From positions 7,068,001 to 7,132,000 of the forward strand of contig OZ004612.1 in the NCBI GenBank assembly GCA_963924565.1: a stretch of 64,000 nucleotides of DNA, given 5' to 3'. This DNA is from Ascidiella aspersa (Eukaryota). A program made the position numbers and the translations under genes. The stretch's first letter is position 1. Every line of letters starts with the position of its first letter. The notes beneath the pieces are model-generated. The model had not been told where the DNA came from. It worked only from the letters and a program-made list of their open reading frames with translations, and did no database searches. Below are positions 63,402 through 64,000 of this stretch, piece by piece.

Positions 63402-64000
63402 CTTAAAGGGTAAATGTTAAGTCACAACATTATTTGACAACAGCAACTTTAAAGTATAGCACGGAGTCGCACAAAAAAATAATAAAACATATCATGCAGG
63501 ACTTCGGCTTCTTTAGGAAGCATAAAGAGAAGATCGATATTCAAAGTCAAATATAGTTATTTTAAGTATAGGCCTACTGTAGTTATTTGTGTCCCAGTTG
63601 TTGATGGGAAAAACAAGATAAAAAATAATATAATGTACAAAAATAAGGCACGAACATTACAACCTTTTTTAGTGCATAAAAAAAATGAATTTTTAATTTC
63701 CCAACTATTGATCATTATGATTTTTTTAATAGTATATCATTTTCATAAGGAGTAAAGTAAATTATAGTGGAATGGCCAACAGGCAGTGCATTTAAGCGAA
63801 CGATTTAATTTAAGTGTACGTAAGTTACTGGTTTTAATTTAATTAACTTAACCTATAAGTCTTTTGGACAAAATCGCTTAACTTTACCAAACCCTTTCGG
63901 ACAAATAAATTCATTTCACATAAGCGTGTTCTTCAATAATTAATTTTTGGTACAATTTATTTAGTCTTACCGCAAAGTCTGTTAGTAATAATGCTTGATA

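Larger units (their letters stand above)
2880..64000. repeat. Tandem segmental gene array; units ~2880-15620, 15620-28100, 28100-44770, 44770-57220, 57220-end
   Basis: 3' flank, exons 6-9 and their introns recur near-identically with ~12.5-12.7 kb spacing (~16.6 kb for the type-C unit). Confidence 0.93.

Noticed and set aside
1-64000. CRISPR array, rRNA/tRNA, prokaryotic operon, or a specific ADGR gene symbol
   Set aside because: Intron-containing eukaryotic locus with no repeat-spacer array or RNA-gene signature seen; orthology to a named adhesion-GPCR subfamily needs a phylogeny.

Overview
AT-rich eukaryotic (animal) genomic DNA with GT-AG spliceosomal introns and non-autonomous hAT-type MITEs; an invertebrate such as an ascidian is a weak guess. 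The whole window is a head-to-tail tandem array of adhesion-GPCR genes on the minus strand: four fully contained copies (CDS spans 4494-14096, 17230-26605, 29701-42742, 46329-55702), the 3' half of a fifth (58926 to >64000) and the first coding exon of a sixth (728-845). I reconstructed a phase-consistent 9-exon model by hand (~1030-1046 aa): signal peptide, C-type lectin domain (CTLD, 2 exons), 57-nt linker exon, short GAIN/GPS region, secretin/adhesion-type 7TM, and a ~390-aa basic His/Met-rich tail with hexapeptide periodicity. The main signal is asymmetric evolution. The GPS-7TM-tail module, introns included, is nearly identical in all copies, while the lectin ectodomain occurs in at least three types (A, B, C) that differ in sugar-site motif (QPS/WDN vs QPD/WNN) and cysteine pattern. 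This looks like a 'variable lectin sensor, constant signalling module' receptor array shaped by unequal crossover or gene conversion. Copy 1 has a 1-nt frameshift and copy 5 a late nonsense codon. Splice models and functions are inferred from sequence only.
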